From an uncultured Flavobacteriaceae bacterium (GTDB taxonomy: Bacteria > Bacteroidota > Bacteroidia > Flavobacteriales > Flavobacteriaceae): 64,000 bases of DNA. Both the position numbers and the translations under genes were made by a program. This document shows positions 1-11,277 of the stretch, piece after piece (position 1 is the stretch's first letter; each line of letters starts with the position of its first letter). The stretch is taken from the NCBI GenBank assembly GCA_938092005.1, contig CALKOU010000007.1, positions 34,523 to 98,522 of the forward strand, written 5' to 3'. The notes under the pieces were generated by a model. That model did not search any database. It was not told the DNA's origin and worked only from the letters and a program-made list of their open reading frames with translations.

Positions 1-179
1 CTTCCTACAATCTCCGCACGTTCTTTTGCTTTGTGCGTTCCTTGACGTTGGTGCGCTAGGTATTGCTTTACGTCTAAATAAAGTGCATGTTCATTTGGTT
101 CAATACCAAAAACAGCCTTGTCAAGCGCAACAGTGCGACCCGTTTCTTTTCCGTTAATATCAACTACTGCTACTTTCAT
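1..179 (-). CDS. rplD: 50S ribosomal protein L4 (N-terminal part only; the gene runs off the window start)
   Basis: The reverse complement reads [59 protein letters not shown], a typical L4 N-terminus. Its ATG overlaps the rplC stop (ATGA), and it follows rplC as in S10 operons. Confidence 0.85.
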   Translation of the reverse strand, partial: MKVAVVDINGKETGRTVALDKAVFGIEPNEHALYLDVKQYLAHQRQGTHKAKERAEIVG

Positions 180-796
180 TACTTACGAATTAAGATGAAG
201 GAATTTTTGTGACCAGGTACACAACCTTTAACCACTAATAAATTTTTCTCAGGAACAACTTGCAAAACCTTTAAGTTTTGAACAGTAACCTTTTCATTCC
301 CCATTTGACCTGCCATGCGCATTCCTTTGAATACACGAGCAGGATATGAAGCGGCACCAATGGAACCTGGAGCACGCAAACGGTTGTGCTGTCCGTGTGT
401 TGCTTGACCTACACCACCAAATCCGTGACGCTTTACAACGCCTTGGAAACCTTTACCTTTTGAAGTACCTGTAACATCTACAAATTCTCCTGCAGCAAAG
501 TGATCTACCGTAATGGTATCACCAAGATTGTATTCCTCATCAAATCCTTGAAACTCAACAAGTTTACGTTTAGGTGCAGTACTTGCTTTCTTAAAATGAC
601 CGCTAGCAGCTTTTGTAGCCTTACGATCGGGCTTATCATCAAAACCAAGTTGTAGTGCATTGTAGCCATCAACTTCTTTTGATCGTACTTGTGTAACAAC
701 ACAAGGACCAGCCTCTATAACGGTACATGGAAGATTCTTTCCATTCTCGTCAAAGATGCTTGTCATACCAATTTTTCTTCCTATCAAACCAGACAT
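179..796 (-). CDS. rplC: 50S ribosomal protein L3
   Basis: The 205-aa ORF starts [15 protein letters not shown] and contains [13 protein letters not shown], canonical L3 sequence. It sits between rpsJ and rplD. Confidence 0.97.
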   Translation of the reverse strand: MSGLIGRKIGMTSIFDENGKNLPCTVIEAGPCVVTQVRSKEVDGYNALQLGFDDKPDRKATKAASGHFKKASTAPKRKLVEFQGFDEEYNLGDTITVDHFAAGEFVDVTGTSKGKGFQGVVKRHGFGGVGQATHGQHNRLRAPGSIGAASYPARVFKGMRMAGQMGNEKVTVQNLKVLQVVPEKNLLVVKGCVPGHKNSFILIRK

Positions 797-825
797 AATC
801 TGAATGTTTACTCCCTAAAAGGGTG

Positions 826-1131
826 TTATACTTTAATTTCTACTTCAACGCCACTTGGCAATTCGAGCTTCATCAAGGCGTCGATGGTCTTGGATGAAGA
901 GCTGTAAATGTCCAATAAGCGCTTGTACGAACTTAATTGGAACTGCTCACGAGACTTCTTATTTACGTGAGGGGAACGCAATACGGTAAAGAGTTTCTTG
1001 TGCGTAGGTAAAGGAATGGGACCTGTAACTACCGCACCAGTAGACTTTACTGTTTTTACGATCTTCTCGGCAGAGCGATCTACCAAGTTGTGGTCGTACG
1101 ATTTAAGTTTTATTCTAATTTTTTGACTCAT
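826..1131 (-). CDS. rpsJ: 30S ribosomal protein S10
   Basis: The 101-aa ORF starts [18 protein letters not shown] and contains [22 protein letters not shown]-like sequence, canonical for S10. Confidence 0.97.
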   Translation of the reverse strand: MSQKIRIKLKSYDHNLVDRSAEKIVKTVKSTGAVVTGPIPLPTHKKLFTVLRSPHVNKKSREQFQLSSYKRLLDIYSSSSKTIDALMKLELPSGVEVEIKV

Positions 1132-1142
1132 CGTTTATCTAT

Positions 1143-3266
1143 TTAGCTCTGACCTGTTGCTGCCGCAATTACTTCAGATGAAATATTTTGTGGTGTTTGT
1201 TCGTAGTGTGAAAACTCCATTGTTGAAGTTGCACGTCCCGAAGAAAGTGTTCTAAGTGAAGTAACATAACCGAACATTTCAGAAAGCGGCACGTTTGCTT
1301 TAACAACTTTAGAACCAGCACGGTCATCCATACTGTTTACTTGTCCACGACGACGATTTAAGTCACCTACAATATCGCCCATGTTTTCTTCTGGAGTTAG
1401 TACCTCTAACTTCATAATGGGTTCCATGATCACGGCACCAGCAGCTTTTGCAGCGGCTTTGTACCCTAATTTTGCAGCCAATTCAAAAGAAAGTGAATCT
1501 GAATCCACAGGGTGGAACGATCCGTCTTTCAACGTAACTTTAATGGCATCTACTTCAAAACCAGCTAATGGACCATTGGCCATAGCTTGTTTGAATCCTT
1601 TTTCAACAGAAGGAATGTATTCTTTTGGAACGTTACCCCCTTTTATTGAGTTAACAAACTCAAGACCAGACTTACCTTCCTCAGCGGGTTCAAGTGTAAA
1701 TACGATATCTGCAAACTTTCCACGTCCACCCGATTGCTTTTTGTACACTTCACGGTGATTGGTAGAAGTTGTGATGGCTTCTTTGTATTCTACTTGTGGC
1801 TGTCCTTGGTTTACGTCAACCTTAAACTCACGTCTAAGACGGTCAACGATAATATCAAGGTGTAGCTCACCCATACCTGAAATAATGGTTTGACCAGAAG
1901 CCTCATCCGTTTTAACTTGGAATGTTGGATCTTCTTCTGCAAGTTTTGCCAACGCCATACCGAGCTTATCAACATCAGCTTTGGTTTTAGGCTCAACCGC
2001 GATACCGATAACGGGATCAGGAAAGTCCATACTCTCCAGGATAATAGGAGATTTTTCAGCAGATAAAGTATCCCCTGTTTTTATGTCTTTAAATCCAACA
2101 GCAGCACCAATGTCACCCGCTTCGATATAATCGATTGAGTTTTGTTTGTTGGCGTGCATTTGGTAAATACGTGAAATACGTTCTTTGTTCCCAGAGCGGT
2201 TGTTAAGCACATAAGAACCTGCGTCTAAACGACCAGAATAAGCACGGAAAAAAGCTAAGCGACCTACAAAAGGGTCAGTAGCAATTTTAAATGCCAATGC
2301 TGAAAAAGGATCGTTAACGCTTGGCTTACGTGAAATTTGATCTCCCGTGTCAGGGTCAGTACCTAAAATAGCATCCTTGTCTTCAGGTGAAGGCAAGTAA
2401 CGGCAAACAGCATCCAAAAGGAACTGAACCCCTTTGTTCTTAAATGCAGAACCACAAATCATAGGAATGATACTCATGTCTTGCGTAGCAGCACGAAGCG
2501 CATTGTGTACTTCATCTTCAGAAATACTATCTGGATCTTCAAAATATTTTTCAAGAAGTGTATCGTCATATTCTGCAACGGCTTCAATAAGCTCGCCACG
2601 GAATTTTTCAACTTCTTCTTTCATGTCTTCCGGAATATCAACAACATCAAATGTTGCACCCATGTTTTCCTCATGCCAAATAATAGCGCGGTTTTTAACC
2701 AAGTCAACACAACCTCTGAAATTGTCTTCATCTCCAATTGGCAATACAATAGGTACTGCATTGGATTTTAACATCTCACGAACTTGCTTACAAACATTAA
2801 GGAAGTTAGAACCTTGACGATCCATTTTGTTTACAAAGCCCATACGTGGCACTTTGTAGTTGTCGGCTAAACGCCAATTGGTTTCTGACTGAGGCTCAAC
2901 ACCATCTACTGCAGAAAACAAAAATACCAAACCATCAAGTACGCGTAACGAACGGTTTACCTCAACGGTAAAGTCAACGTGGCCGGGGGTGTCAATAATA
3001 TTAAAGTGATATGGTTTTGCTCCTTGAACAGGCTTTCCTTGGTCTGTTGGGAACGTCCACTCACAAGTGGTTGCAGCAGAAGTAATGGTAATGCCACGTT
3101 CTTGTTCTTGCTCCATCCAGTCCATGGTTGCAGCACCGTCGTGTACTTCACCAATTTTGTGGCTTACACCCGTGTAATATAGGATACGCTCAGTGGTGGT
3201 GGTTTTACCAGCATCAATGTGCGCTGCAATTCCAATGTTACGTGTATATTTTAAATCTCTTGCCAT
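1143..3266 (-). CDS. fusA: Elongation factor G
   Basis: The 707-aa ORF has the GTPase motifs [17 protein letters not shown] and NKMD, and EF-G domain IV/V sequence. Confidence 0.98.
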   Translation of the reverse strand: MARDLKYTRNIGIAAHIDAGKTTTTERILYYTGVSHKIGEVHDGAATMDWMEQEQERGITITSAATTCEWTFPTDQGKPVQGAKPYHFNIIDTPGHVDFTVEVNRSLRVLDGLVFLFSAVDGVEPQSETNWRLADNYKVPRMGFVNKMDRQGSNFLNVCKQVREMLKSNAVPIVLPIGDEDNFRGCVDLVKNRAIIWHEENMGATFDVVDIPEDMKEEVEKFRGELIEAVAEYDDTLLEKYFEDPDSISEDEVHNALRAATQDMSIIPMICGSAFKNKGVQFLLDAVCRYLPSPEDKDAILGTDPDTGDQISRKPSVNDPFSALAFKIATDPFVGRLAFFRAYSGRLDAGSYVLNNRSGNKERISRIYQMHANKQNSIDYIEAGDIGAAVGFKDIKTGDTLSAEKSPIILESMDFPDPVIGIAVEPKTKADVDKLGMALAKLAEEDPTFQVKTDEASGQTIISGMGELHLDIIVDRLRREFKVDVNQGQPQVEYKEAITTSTNHREVYKKQSGGRGKFADIVFTLEPAEEGKSGLEFVNSIKGGNVPKEYIPSVEKGFKQAMANGPLAGFEVDAIKVTLKDGSFHPVDSDSLSFELAAKLGYKAAAKAAGAVIMEPIMKLEVLTPEENMGDIVGDLNRRRGQVNSMDDRAGSKVVKANVPLSEMFGYVTSLRTLSSGRATSTMEFSHYEQTPQNISSEVIAAATGQS

Positions 3267-3287
3267 GATAGAATATGCTACGTTATA

Positions 3288-3764
3288 TTAAAATCTAAAG
3301 TGTGAGAATGCTTTGTTTGCTTCGGCCATCTTGTGCGTATCTTGACGTTTTTTGACAGCAGCTCCTTCTTCTTTCTCAGCAGCTAAAATCTCAGATGCCA
3401 ATTTTTGAGCCATTGATTTTTCATTACGCTTGCGTGCATAACTAATTAACCACTTCATCGCCATTGATATTTTTCTATCTGGACGAATTTGCATTGGAAT
3501 TTGGAAGGTTGCACCACCAACACGACGGCTACGAACCTCAACGTGAGGCATCACGTTTGAAAGCGCATCTTTCCAAATTTGGAGTGCGTCTTTCTCGTCA
3601 TCTTGTTTTTTTGAATCTACGATATCGATTGCATCGTAAAAAATAGTGAATGCTACTGATTTCTTTCCGTTCCACATCAAGTTGTTGACAAAGCGAGTGA
3701 CCAGTTGGTCATTGAATCGCGGGTCGGGAAGTAAGGGGCGTTTTTTCGCCTTTCTTTTTCTCAT
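3288..3764 (-). CDS. rpsG: 30S ribosomal protein S7
   Basis: The 158-aa ORF starts [19 protein letters not shown] and ends ...[15 protein letters not shown], canonical S7 sequence. Confidence 0.97.
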   Translation of the reverse strand: MRKRKAKKRPLLPDPRFNDQLVTRFVNNLMWNGKKSVAFTIFYDAIDIVDSKKQDDEKDALQIWKDALSNVMPHVEVRSRRVGGATFQIPMQIRPDRKISMAMKWLISYARKRNEKSMAQKLASEILAAEKEEGAAVKKRQDTHKMAEANKAFSHFRF

Positions 3765-3818
3765 ATTCTGGGTTTGAGTGGTTCAAGCAAGCTTGAACGT
3801 CATGCTACATTATATATA

Positions 3819-4193
3819 CTATTTCTTAGGTCGTTTGGCACCATACTTTGAACGGCGCTGCAAACGGCCTTCTACGCCAGCGGTGTCAAGTGCACCACGA
3901 ACAATGTGGTAGCGAACACCAGGCAAATCCTTAACACGACCACCACGCACGAGTACTATGGAGTGCTCTTGCAGGTTGTGTCCTTCTCCCGGAATATAGG
4001 CATTCACCTCGTTTCCGTTTGTTAGGCGTACCCTTGCCACTTTCCGCATTGCAGAATTTGGTTTTTTAGGTGTAGTTGTGTACACACGGGTACAAACGCC
4101 TCGGCGCTGTGGACATGAGTCCAAAGCTGCAGATTTGCTCTTCTTTGCTTGGTCTTTACGACCTTTTCGAACTAGTTGTGATATCGTTGGCAT
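3819..4193 (-). CDS. rpsL: 30S ribosomal protein S12
   Basis: The 124-aa ORF starts [12 protein letters not shown] and contains [16 protein letters not shown], canonical S12 sequence. Confidence 0.97.
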   Translation of the reverse strand: MPTISQLVRKGRKDQAKKSKSAALDSCPQRRGVCTRVYTTTPKKPNSAMRKVARVRLTNGNEVNAYIPGEGHNLQEHSIVLVRGGRVKDLPGVRYHIVRGALDTAGVEGRLQRRSKYGAKRPKK

Positions 4194-4230
4194 ACGTTAT
4201 ACTTACTTTAATCCTTTATTTAAAGGGCTG

Positions 4231-4261
4231 CAAATGTAGTATAATTTTTCTCGCTTTCAAA
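4231..4261 (-). promoter_or_regulatory. Bacteroidetes-type promoter of the rpsL operon (TTTG-N19-TACATTTG)
   Basis: On the minus strand, TTTG (4261-4258) is followed by a 19-nt spacer and then TACATTTG (4238-4231), which fits the TAnnTTTG -7 consensus. The -7 box ends 37 nt upstream of the rpsL ATG. Confidence 0.5.
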
Positions 4262-4373
4262 TAAATTTTTAGCTGTTTTTTTTACTTCGATATATAACAG
4301 GTCAAAAGAAGTTGCCATTACACGAAAATAGCACAATATTTAAATGAGTTGCTTAGATTCAATTTATGGTATG

Positions 4374-4381
4374 TAATTTTG
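4374..4381 (+). promoter_or_regulatory. -7 box TAATTTTG upstream of menF
   Basis: This is an exact TAnnTTTG match ending 12 nt before the ATG at 4394. It lies inside the longer ORF-track version of menF, so it argues for the internal start. Confidence 0.45.
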
Positions 4382-4393
4382 CAAAACGCAACC

Positions 4394-5437
4394 ATGACAA
4401 ACAAAAACAATTTTAACACGTTTTTTAATATACTACAGCATTCGGGCACTCCTTTTGTCTTGTATCGATTGCCCAATTCCAATGTGCTCATCCTACAAGA
4501 GCAGCGCAATACCAAACATTACCAAACAGCAACATTACAAGAAGAAGGGTTTGTATTTGCGCCTTTCAAGCACGTAAATAAGTACACCTACATCCCCAAT
4601 CACAAGCGTCGGGAACTTAAGATCCCAGAGCAAACACTTAAAAACAGCAACCAATCTCAATCAGAATCCACTCAACAAAAAACATATTACACCGATTTGG
4701 TGACCAAGGCCAAAGCTGCTATTGCGCAAGGTGACATGCAAAAGGTGGTGGTTTCACGCATCCACAAACATCCGTATGAAGAAAACTTGGCAGCCTCGTT
4801 TGTACGACTACTACACGCCTACCCAAATGCGATGGTCTATTTTTGGTCACACCCACACACGGGCTCGTGGATGGGTGCAACTCCCGAAACATTAGTGACT
4901 GTCAAAAATCAAAATTGCAAGACAATGGCCTTAGCTGGTACATTAGCTTATCAAGAGGCACATGCACCAAAATGGTCTATTAAAGAGCAAGACGAACAGC
5001 AAATGGTGACTGATTTTATTCAACAGCAGCTAAGCAAACTATACCCCCACCAAAATATCGCGCCCACAACTGCCTACTCCAAAAGAGCAGGAAACCTAGT
5101 TCACTTGTGTGCTGATTTTAACTTTACCATCGGAAACGTGAGCTTGTTGAATCTGATTCGCGCATTACACCCTACTCCAGCTGTTTCGGGTGTTCCTGTG
5201 GCCAAAAGCATGGTATTTTTAGAAATAACAGAAACCCACGAGCGAAAATATTACGCTGGGTTTTTAGGCCCCATTGAAAAAGACAGGGCTCATATTTGTG
5301 TGAATTTGCGTTGTGCTGAAGTGACACCACATCACCTAACGCTTTATGTTGGCGGCGGCATAACAGCAGAAAGTGACATTATTGCAGAGTGGGAAGAAAG
5401 CCAACGTAAGGCCGAAACCTTACTCAACGTGATATAA
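4394..5437 (+). CDS. menF: Isochorismate synthase (menaquinone-specific)
   Basis: The sequence is chorismate-binding family (…GATPETLV…, …YAGFLGP…, …LRCAEV…LYVGGGIT..S). It is the first gene of the men cluster. I chose the start MTNKNNF because of the upstream -7 box. Confidence 0.85.
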   Translation: MTNKNNFNTFFNILQHSGTPFVLYRLPNSNVLILQEQRNTKHYQTATLQEEGFVFAPFKHVNKYTYIPNHKRRELKIPEQTLKNSNQSQSESTQQKTYYTDLVTKAKAAIAQGDMQKVVVSRIHKHPYEENLAASFVRLLHAYPNAMVYFWSHPHTGSWMGATPETLVTVKNQNCKTMALAGTLAYQEAHAPKWSIKEQDEQQMVTDFIQQQLSKLYPHQNIAPTTAYSKRAGNLVHLCADFNFTIGNVSLLNLIRALHPTPAVSGVPVAKSMVFLEITETHERKYYAGFLGPIEKDRAHICVNLRCAEVTPHHLTLYVGGGITAESDIIAEWEESQRKAETLLNVI

Positions 5438-5481
5438 CGTGCTGTGCGTTAGTACACTCAGATGCTGTTTTGTACTTTTGC

Positions 5482-7275
5482 ATGGCTATGAAAACCCATT
5501 CCAAATCAAAGCGCACCCGTTACACCGAAATACCGCTACCACAAGCGGTGGTATTTTACTGTGAGCAATACGGTATTCAACACATCGTAATTTCAGCAGG
5601 TTCGCGAAATGCTCCGCTAACCAACGGCTTTACTGAAAATTCTTTTTTTAAGACCTATAGTATAGTTGACGAGCGTGCGGCTGCATTTTTTGCTTTGGGT
5701 ATTGCACAGCAATTGGGGCAACCGGTTGCGGTTGTGTGTACTTCAGGCTCTGCACTGTTAAACTACTACCCCGCTGTTGCTGAAGCCTATTACAGTGCAT
5801 TACCACTTGTAGTGCTATCAGCCGATCGCATGCCGCATCGCATTGGTATCGGCGATGGACAAACCATTGAGCAAGAAGGTGTTTTTGGACCACACTTACT
5901 AACGTCAGCTGCATTACTACCAGATGTGTCCCACGCCACAGAAGCTTTGCTAAAAAGTAACAAGCAACCGTATTTTAAAAAAGAACCCACAACCAAAGCA
6001 ATTGCCCAGCTGCAAGAAAAGCATCAACACCACAACATCGAGGAGCTACAACGCGTATTTACACTTGCGTGTGAAGGAAATGGCCCTGTGCATTTGAACA
6101 TTCCCATGGAGGAACCCCTCTATGGCATGACACAAAAATCCATTGATTGGCCAACTCCCAAACCCATTGACGTATCCCAGCAAGCAATGGATCTTACGGG
6201 GATTCAATCGATGTGGAACAACGCAAAGCGTAAAATGATTATCGTGGGAGTTACAAAACCCAATGCGGAACTAAACCGCATGCTTTCAGCCTTGCTGGAA
6301 GACCCAAGCGTTTTGATCCTAACAGAAAAAACATCCAATTTTACGCACCCAAAGGCTATTGCTTCTATTGACTGCCTGATGGCACCTTTGGCGTTAGAAA
6401 ACCAAAACAAGGACGCTTTACAACCCGATATCCTCATTACCATTGGCGGCATGGTGGTTTCTAAAAAAATTAAGTTTTTCCTTCGTGAATACAAAGCAGC
6501 GGCGCACTACCACATAGGCACCTCCAAAGCGAATGATACCTTTTTCTATTTGACAGATCATCTAAACATTCCTGCCAAAGAAGTCCTAAGCCAATTAGCA
6601 ATTGACCCAAAAAACAAAAGCGATTATCAACCAACAGTATTGGCGCAATACAAAGGATATCTGGAAAAAGGCGCTCGTTATTTGCAAAACATTCCCTTTA
6701 CAGACATGAAGGTTTTTGACATGATTACATCGGCATTGCCAACAAACACGCATGTGCAAGTTGCCAATAGTTCTCCTGTTCGGTACCTACAATTGTTCGA
6801 TTTGCCCAGCGGGGTAGAAGTCTTTTGCAACCGGGGTACCGCAGGAATTGACGGCAGTACGGCAACGGCTGTAGGCGCAGCACAAATCAATCCAAAACAA
6901 ACCGTGCTTATCACAGGAGATTTAAGTTTTTTCTATGATGTAAACGGGTTGTGGAACAACTATATCCCAAACAACGCGCGCATCATTATTGTCAACAATA
7001 ATGGAGGGGGGATTTTTAGAATTCTTCCTGGCGAGAAAGACACACCTAAATACGATGCTTATTTTGAAACCATCCACAAGCGAAGCGCACGTCATGTAGC
7101 TAAAAGTTTTGGACTGGGCTACAAACGCGTACAAACCAAATGGGGCTTAAAACGAGCGTTACGTTCTTTTTTTGACCCTTCAAAAAATGCAAAAATTTTA
7201 GAAATTTGTACTCCAAGGCAAATTAACGATGTGGTGCTATTGGATTATTTCAAAGCCATGGTAAAAACGAATTAA
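5482..7275 (+). CDS. menD: 2-succinyl-5-enolpyruvyl-6-hydroxy-3-cyclohexene-1-carboxylate (SEPHCHC) synthase
   Basis: This is a ThDP enzyme with GSRNAPLT near the N-terminus and a C-terminal GDLSFFYD…NNNGGGIF ThDP-binding motif. It sits in men context. The exact start is uncertain (TTG 5470, ATG 5482 or ATG 5488). Confidence 0.9.
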   Translation: MAMKTHSKSKRTRYTEIPLPQAVVFYCEQYGIQHIVISAGSRNAPLTNGFTENSFFKTYSIVDERAAAFFALGIAQQLGQPVAVVCTSGSALLNYYPAVAEAYYSALPLVVLSADRMPHRIGIGDGQTIEQEGVFGPHLLTSAALLPDVSHATEALLKSNKQPYFKKEPTTKAIAQLQEKHQHHNIEELQRVFTLACEGNGPVHLNIPMEEPLYGMTQKSIDWPTPKPIDVSQQAMDLTGIQSMWNNAKRKMIIVGVTKPNAELNRMLSALLEDPSVLILTEKTSNFTHPKAIASIDCLMAPLALENQNKDALQPDILITIGGMVVSKKIKFFLREYKAAAHYHIGTSKANDTFFYLTDHLNIPAKEVLSQLAIDPKNKSDYQPTVLAQYKGYLEKGARYLQNIPFTDMKVFDMITSALPTNTHVQVANSSPVRYLQLFDLPSGVEVFCNRGTAGIDGSTATAVGAAQINPKQTVLITGDLSFFYDVNGLWNNYIPNNARIIIVNNNGGGIFRILPGEKDTPKYDAYFETIHKRSARHVAKSFGLGYKRVQTKWGLKRALRSFFDPSKNAKILEICTPRQINDVVLLDYFKAMVKTN

Positions 7276-7285
7276 AACAACAATT

Positions 7286-8101
7286 ATGAGAAAGTGGGAA
7301 ACCATAAAAGAGTACAGCGATATCCGATTTGAGTTTTTTGAAGGAATTGCAAAAATCACCATTGACAGAGAAGCTGTTTACAATGCCTTTAGACCTGAAA
7401 CGAATAATCAGATGTTGGAAGCGATGGACGTTTGTCGTGAGCGCGAAGACATAGATGTGATTGTGTTTACTGGGGCGGGTGAAAAAGCCTTTTGCAGCGG
7501 AGGCGATCAAAATGTAAAGGGTGTTGGCGGCTATGTTGGTGAAGACGGCGTTCCACGCCTAAATGTGCTTGACCTCCACAAAAAAATCCGTGAAATTCCC
7601 AAGCCTGTTGTTGCTATGGTAAACGGATACGCCATTGGCGGCGGCCATGTACTTCATGTGGTTTGCGACTTGAGTGTTGCCAGCGAAAATGCCATTTTTG
7701 GTCAAACGGGTCCAAAGGTGGGGAGCTTTGACGGCGGATTTGGCTCATCGTATTTGGCGCGCCACGTAGGACAAAAGAAAGCTCGAGAAATTTGGTTTTT
7801 GTGTCAGCAATACTCGGCACAGGAGGCCCTAGACATGGGGTTGGTCAATAAAGTAGTGCCTTTAGCAAATTTGGAAGATACCGTTGTGGAATGGTGTAAG
7901 GTCATGCAACAACGCAGTCCGTTGGCATTGCGGATGATCAAACGTTGTATGAATGCCGAGTTGGATGGCCAACATGGATTGATGCAGCTTGCCGGTGACG
8001 CAACCCTTATGTATTACCTCATGGACGAGGCACAAGAAGGGAAAAACGCATTTTTAGAAAAACGCGCACCTAACTTTAAGCAATATCCTAAATTTCCGTA
8101 G
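7286..8101 (+). CDS. menB: 1,4-dihydroxy-2-naphthoyl-CoA synthase
   Basis: The 271-aa ORF is crotonase-fold with [26 protein letters not shown] and [14 protein letters not shown], typical of MenB. Confidence 0.95.
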   Translation: MRKWETIKEYSDIRFEFFEGIAKITIDREAVYNAFRPETNNQMLEAMDVCREREDIDVIVFTGAGEKAFCSGGDQNVKGVGGYVGEDGVPRLNVLDLHKKIREIPKPVVAMVNGYAIGGGHVLHVVCDLSVASENAIFGQTGPKVGSFDGGFGSSYLARHVGQKKAREIWFLCQQYSAQEALDMGLVNKVVPLANLEDTVVEWCKVMQQRSPLALRMIKRCMNAELDGQHGLMQLAGDATLMYYLMDEAQEGKNAFLEKRAPNFKQYPKFP

Positions 8102-9018
8102 TGTCAAAACCATCCTTGTTATTGGTTTGGGTAGCTGCAGCACGACTTCGGACGTTACCCCTGTCGATAGCAGGTATCGTGTTGGGCAATGCCGTAGCCA
8201 TCAACACGACGGATTTTTCATGGAGCATATTTGTAGGCACCTTATTAACGGCAGTTGCATTTCAAATTCTTTCCAATTTTGCCAATGACTACGGCGATGG
8301 CATAAAGGGAACCGATAACGATAATCGCATAGGTCCAAAGCGTGTTTTACAACAAAACTTGCTTACCCCAAAAACCCTTTTTCAAGGGATTGTCGTGGTG
8401 GGGATTTTGGGACTTCTGCTTGCTATAACAACCATAAATTTTGCATTTAACGAGAAAGAATTAACAAGTGGTTTGGTGTTTTTAGGATTGGCGTTGGCTG
8501 CTATTGTTGCCGCCTACAAATACACCGCGGGCAAAGGAGCCTATGGCTATCATGCCCTAGGAGACCTGTTCGTATTTCTTTTTTTCGGACTCTTAGCTGT
8601 TTGCGGGTCCTATTATTTACAAACAAAACAATTTGATGCCACCGTGTGGTGGTTTGCCGTTGCCATTGGTGCACTCAGCGTAGGCGTTTTAAACCTCAAC
8701 AACATGCGCGATATCCAAAACGATACGGCTATGGGTAAAAAAACCGTAGCGGCTGCTTTAGGACTACAAGGCGCAAAAAATTACCATACGGTTTTGATTC
8801 TTGTTGGAATAGCATCCATGGTGTTTGGACTAGTACCCATCGCCAACAATATGTGGGACTACCTCCCGTTGATCCTTACCATACCGTTGTTGTTACAACT
8901 GATCTCGGTACGTAAAACCAACCATTACAACGACTTTGATAAGCGTCTTAAACCGCTTGCACTTACCACATTTGGACTGAGCGTTATCTTGTTTATCACC
9001 CAATATACCGCATCATGA
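8101..9018 (+). CDS. menA: 1,4-dihydroxy-2-naphthoate polyprenyltransferase
   Basis: The product is a polytopic UbiA-family protein with NDYGDGIKGTD and NNMRDIQNDTAMGKKT motifs. Its GTG start overlaps the menB TAG by 1 nt. Confidence 0.9.
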   Translation: MSKPSLLLVWVAAARLRTLPLSIAGIVLGNAVAINTTDFSWSIFVGTLLTAVAFQILSNFANDYGDGIKGTDNDNRIGPKRVLQQNLLTPKTLFQGIVVVGILGLLLAITTINFAFNEKELTSGLVFLGLALAAIVAAYKYTAGKGAYGYHALGDLFVFLFFGLLAVCGSYYLQTKQFDATVWWFAVAIGALSVGVLNLNNMRDIQNDTAMGKKTVAAALGLQGAKNYHTVLILVGIASMVFGLVPIANNMWDYLPLILTIPLLLQLISVRKTNHYNDFDKRLKPLALTTFGLSVILFITQYTAS

Positions 9019-10052
9019 ACGTTCGCTTTCGTAAATACGTCTTGGATTTCAAACAACCCAGTGGCACCTCAAGAGGGGTACTGCGACAAAAAGAAACCTA
9101 TTTTATAGAAATAAGGGATGGAGAGCGCTATGGTATTGGCGAATGTGGGCTGTTTCGAGGGCTTAGCTACGATGATGTTCCGCATTATGAAACACAACTC
9201 CAAAAGGTTTGTGTAGCATTGGAAAAAGGAAATGATATTTCAGCGCTTTGCGCTGCGTTTCCTTCCATTCAAATGGGTGTAGAAATGGCTACAAGATCAT
9301 TAGCTGCAGAAACACCCTTCCATATCTACGATACTCCTTTTAGTAGCGGTAAAGAATCCATTCCCATAAACGGTTTGGTATGGATGGGAAGTCTTGATTT
9401 TATGCGGCAACAGGTATTTGATAAAATTGAACAAGGCTTTGATTGTATCAAACTTAAAATTGGCGCTTTGGATTTTGAGCAAGAGTGTCTGCTTTTGGGA
9501 GAAATTAGAGCCCGTTATGCTGCAGATAATGTGACCCTTCGGGTGGACGCCAACGGAGCTTTTGGTGTTGATGAAGCTTTAGAAAAATTACAGCTGTTAG
9601 CGCAATACGACTTGCATAGCATTGAGCAGCCTATTGCTGCTGGACAGCATCAAGCCATGAAAAATTTGTGTGCACAAACACCACTCCCTATCGCCTTAGA
9701 CGAAGAATTGATTGGGGTATTAGATGTAGCGGATAAAGATGCGCTTCTTGCATACATCCAACCGCAATACATCATCTTAAAACCAAGTCTTGTGGGCGGC
9801 TTTGCCGCTAGTGAAGAATGGATTCGACTGGCCGCAGCTCGTAACATAGGGTGGTGGGCTACCAGTGCTCTTGAAAGCAACATTGGCTTAAATGCCATTG
9901 CACAATGGACGGCCACACAACATACCACTACCCCACAAGGGTTAGGCACCGGCGGTTTGTTTACCAATAATATAGACAGCCCCTTGGTAGTAGCGCACGG
10001 CGTACTTCAAATTGACAATAGCCTTTTTTGGGATACCAAATATTTACAATAA
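9015..10052 (+). CDS. menC: o-succinylbenzoate synthase (enolase superfamily)
   Basis: The 345-aa ORF contains KLKIG…, RVDANGAF, IEQP and LDEEL, the metal-ligand pattern of muconate-lactonizing/OSBS enzymes. An ATGA overlap couples it to menA. Confidence 0.85.
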   Translation: MNVRFRKYVLDFKQPSGTSRGVLRQKETYFIEIRDGERYGIGECGLFRGLSYDDVPHYETQLQKVCVALEKGNDISALCAAFPSIQMGVEMATRSLAAETPFHIYDTPFSSGKESIPINGLVWMGSLDFMRQQVFDKIEQGFDCIKLKIGALDFEQECLLLGEIRARYAADNVTLRVDANGAFGVDEALEKLQLLAQYDLHSIEQPIAAGQHQAMKNLCAQTPLPIALDEELIGVLDVADKDALLAYIQPQYIILKPSLVGGFAASEEWIRLAAARNIGWWATSALESNIGLNAIAQWTATQHTTTPQGLGTGGLFTNNIDSPLVVAHGVLQIDNSLFWDTKYLQ

Positions 10053-11111
10053 ATGCGAGTACATCCTTCATTTCGGCTTAACGGAACGGTCTATGACCAA
10101 AACACGCTATTGGTTGCGGCACAGCAATGGGCAACGGCTACTGATTTGGAACAAAAAGGCTTGGGAATATTTCTGATGGATTGGTTAGGAGATGCCGAAC
10201 AGATAACCCTACAAACGTCTGGTTCTACAGGAAAACCAAAAGCAATTCAAATGCCCAAAACGGCCTTGCGTGCCTCGGCCATGCAAACAGGTTCTTTTTT
10301 TGAATTATCTGCTGGCGATACGGCTTTGCTGTGTTTGCCCGTTCAATACATTGCAGGAAAAATGATGGTGGTTCGTGCTTTGGTTTTAGGGTTAGCACTG
10401 GACATACTTCCTCCAACAACCCAACTCACCATTACAAAAACATATGATTTTGCTGCCTTGATTCCCTTGCAGGTAATGGCTTCTTTTGAACAGCTTGGGC
10501 GGTTAAATAAGGTATTGATTGGTGGAGCGCCTATTTCGGCGGAGCTACGAAAAAGCATTGCCCAAAGCCATGTGCAGTGCACCGAAACCTATGGCATGAC
10601 CGAAACGCTTACGCACGTGGCTACCCGTCCGGTTACGGATCCGATGGTGCCCTTTCAAGCCTTACCAGGGATTGGCATCACCACAGACGATAACGACTGT
10701 TTGGTGTTAGAAGTGCCGTATGTTTCAAACGCACCTATTGTAACACAAGACGCGGTAAGACTTCACGGCAAAGATTCTTTTTGGCTTTTGGGAAGACGTG
10801 ACTATGTGATTAATTCGGGAGGCAAAAAGGTTTTCCCAGAGCAATTGGAAGAAAGACTAGGCGCACACCTCAACCACGCTTTCTTTTTTACGGGGATTGC
10901 TGATGCGAATTTGGGCCAGAAACTTGTTTTGGTTGCGGAAGCACCTGCAGATAAAGCAACAACCATTTTGCGTATGGCGCAACAGCATTTGGGCGCAGAC
11001 AAACACCATGTTCCAAAGCAAGTCATTTGTTTGGACGCATTTGTTCTTACACCCTCAGGAAAACTAGACCGACAAGCCACACTTAAGACTGTCAATATTT
11101 TCAAACACTAA
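10053..11111 (+). CDS. menE: o-succinylbenzoate-CoA ligase (short adenylate-forming enzyme)
   Basis: The sequence has the AMP-binding motif TSGSTGKPK, then YGMTET and SGKLDR. It is the last gene of the men cluster. Confidence 0.85.
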   Translation: MRVHPSFRLNGTVYDQNTLLVAAQQWATATDLEQKGLGIFLMDWLGDAEQITLQTSGSTGKPKAIQMPKTALRASAMQTGSFFELSAGDTALLCLPVQYIAGKMMVVRALVLGLALDILPPTTQLTITKTYDFAALIPLQVMASFEQLGRLNKVLIGGAPISAELRKSIAQSHVQCTETYGMTETLTHVATRPVTDPMVPFQALPGIGITTDDNDCLVLEVPYVSNAPIVTQDAVRLHGKDSFWLLGRRDYVINSGGKKVFPEQLEERLGAHLNHAFFFTGIADANLGQKLVLVAEAPADKATTILRMAQQHLGADKHHVPKQVICLDAFVLTPSGKLDRQATLKTVNIFKH

Positions 11112-11134
11112 GCCTGCCCGTTCCATTCAGGCGG

Positions 11135-11156
11135 GCCTGCCTGCCGGTAGGCAGGC
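11135..11156 (+). terminator. Perfect 8-bp GC-rich hairpin GCCTGCCT-GCCGGT-AGGCAGGC just after menE
   Basis: The inverted repeat was read directly from the sequence, 24 nt after the menE stop. There is no clear U-tract, so terminator function is only presumed. Confidence 0.35.
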
Positions 11157-11211
11157 TTACTTCGACAAGCCTGTCAGTTCGATTTCTATGACGCAACCAA
11201 AGAGATGTAAT

Positions 11212-11277
11212 ACTTCGGCACTGCGGCACTTCGGCAGGCTCAGTGTCCGAAGTGCCGAAGTGCCACAGTGCCGAAGT
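11212..11277. repeat. 25-bp imperfect inverted repeat (24/25) built from tandem GTGCCGAA-like octamers
   Basis: The left arm ACTTCGGCACTGCGGCACTTCGGCA (11212-11236) pairs with the right arm TGCCGAAGTGCCACAGTGCCGAAGT (11253-11277) across a 16-nt loop. The right side reads GTGTCCGAA/GTGCCGAA/GTGCCACA/GTGCCGAA/GTGCC. Confidence 0.7.

Noticed and set aside
505-3182. Several 60-127-aa ORFs lie antisense to or nested within rplC and fusA, for example 505-702, 1381-1758, 2434-2817 and 2979-3182.
   Set aside because: They are shadow ORFs inside highly conserved ribosomal and EF-G coding sequence, with low-complexity translations. The same applies to similar nested ORFs throughout the track.
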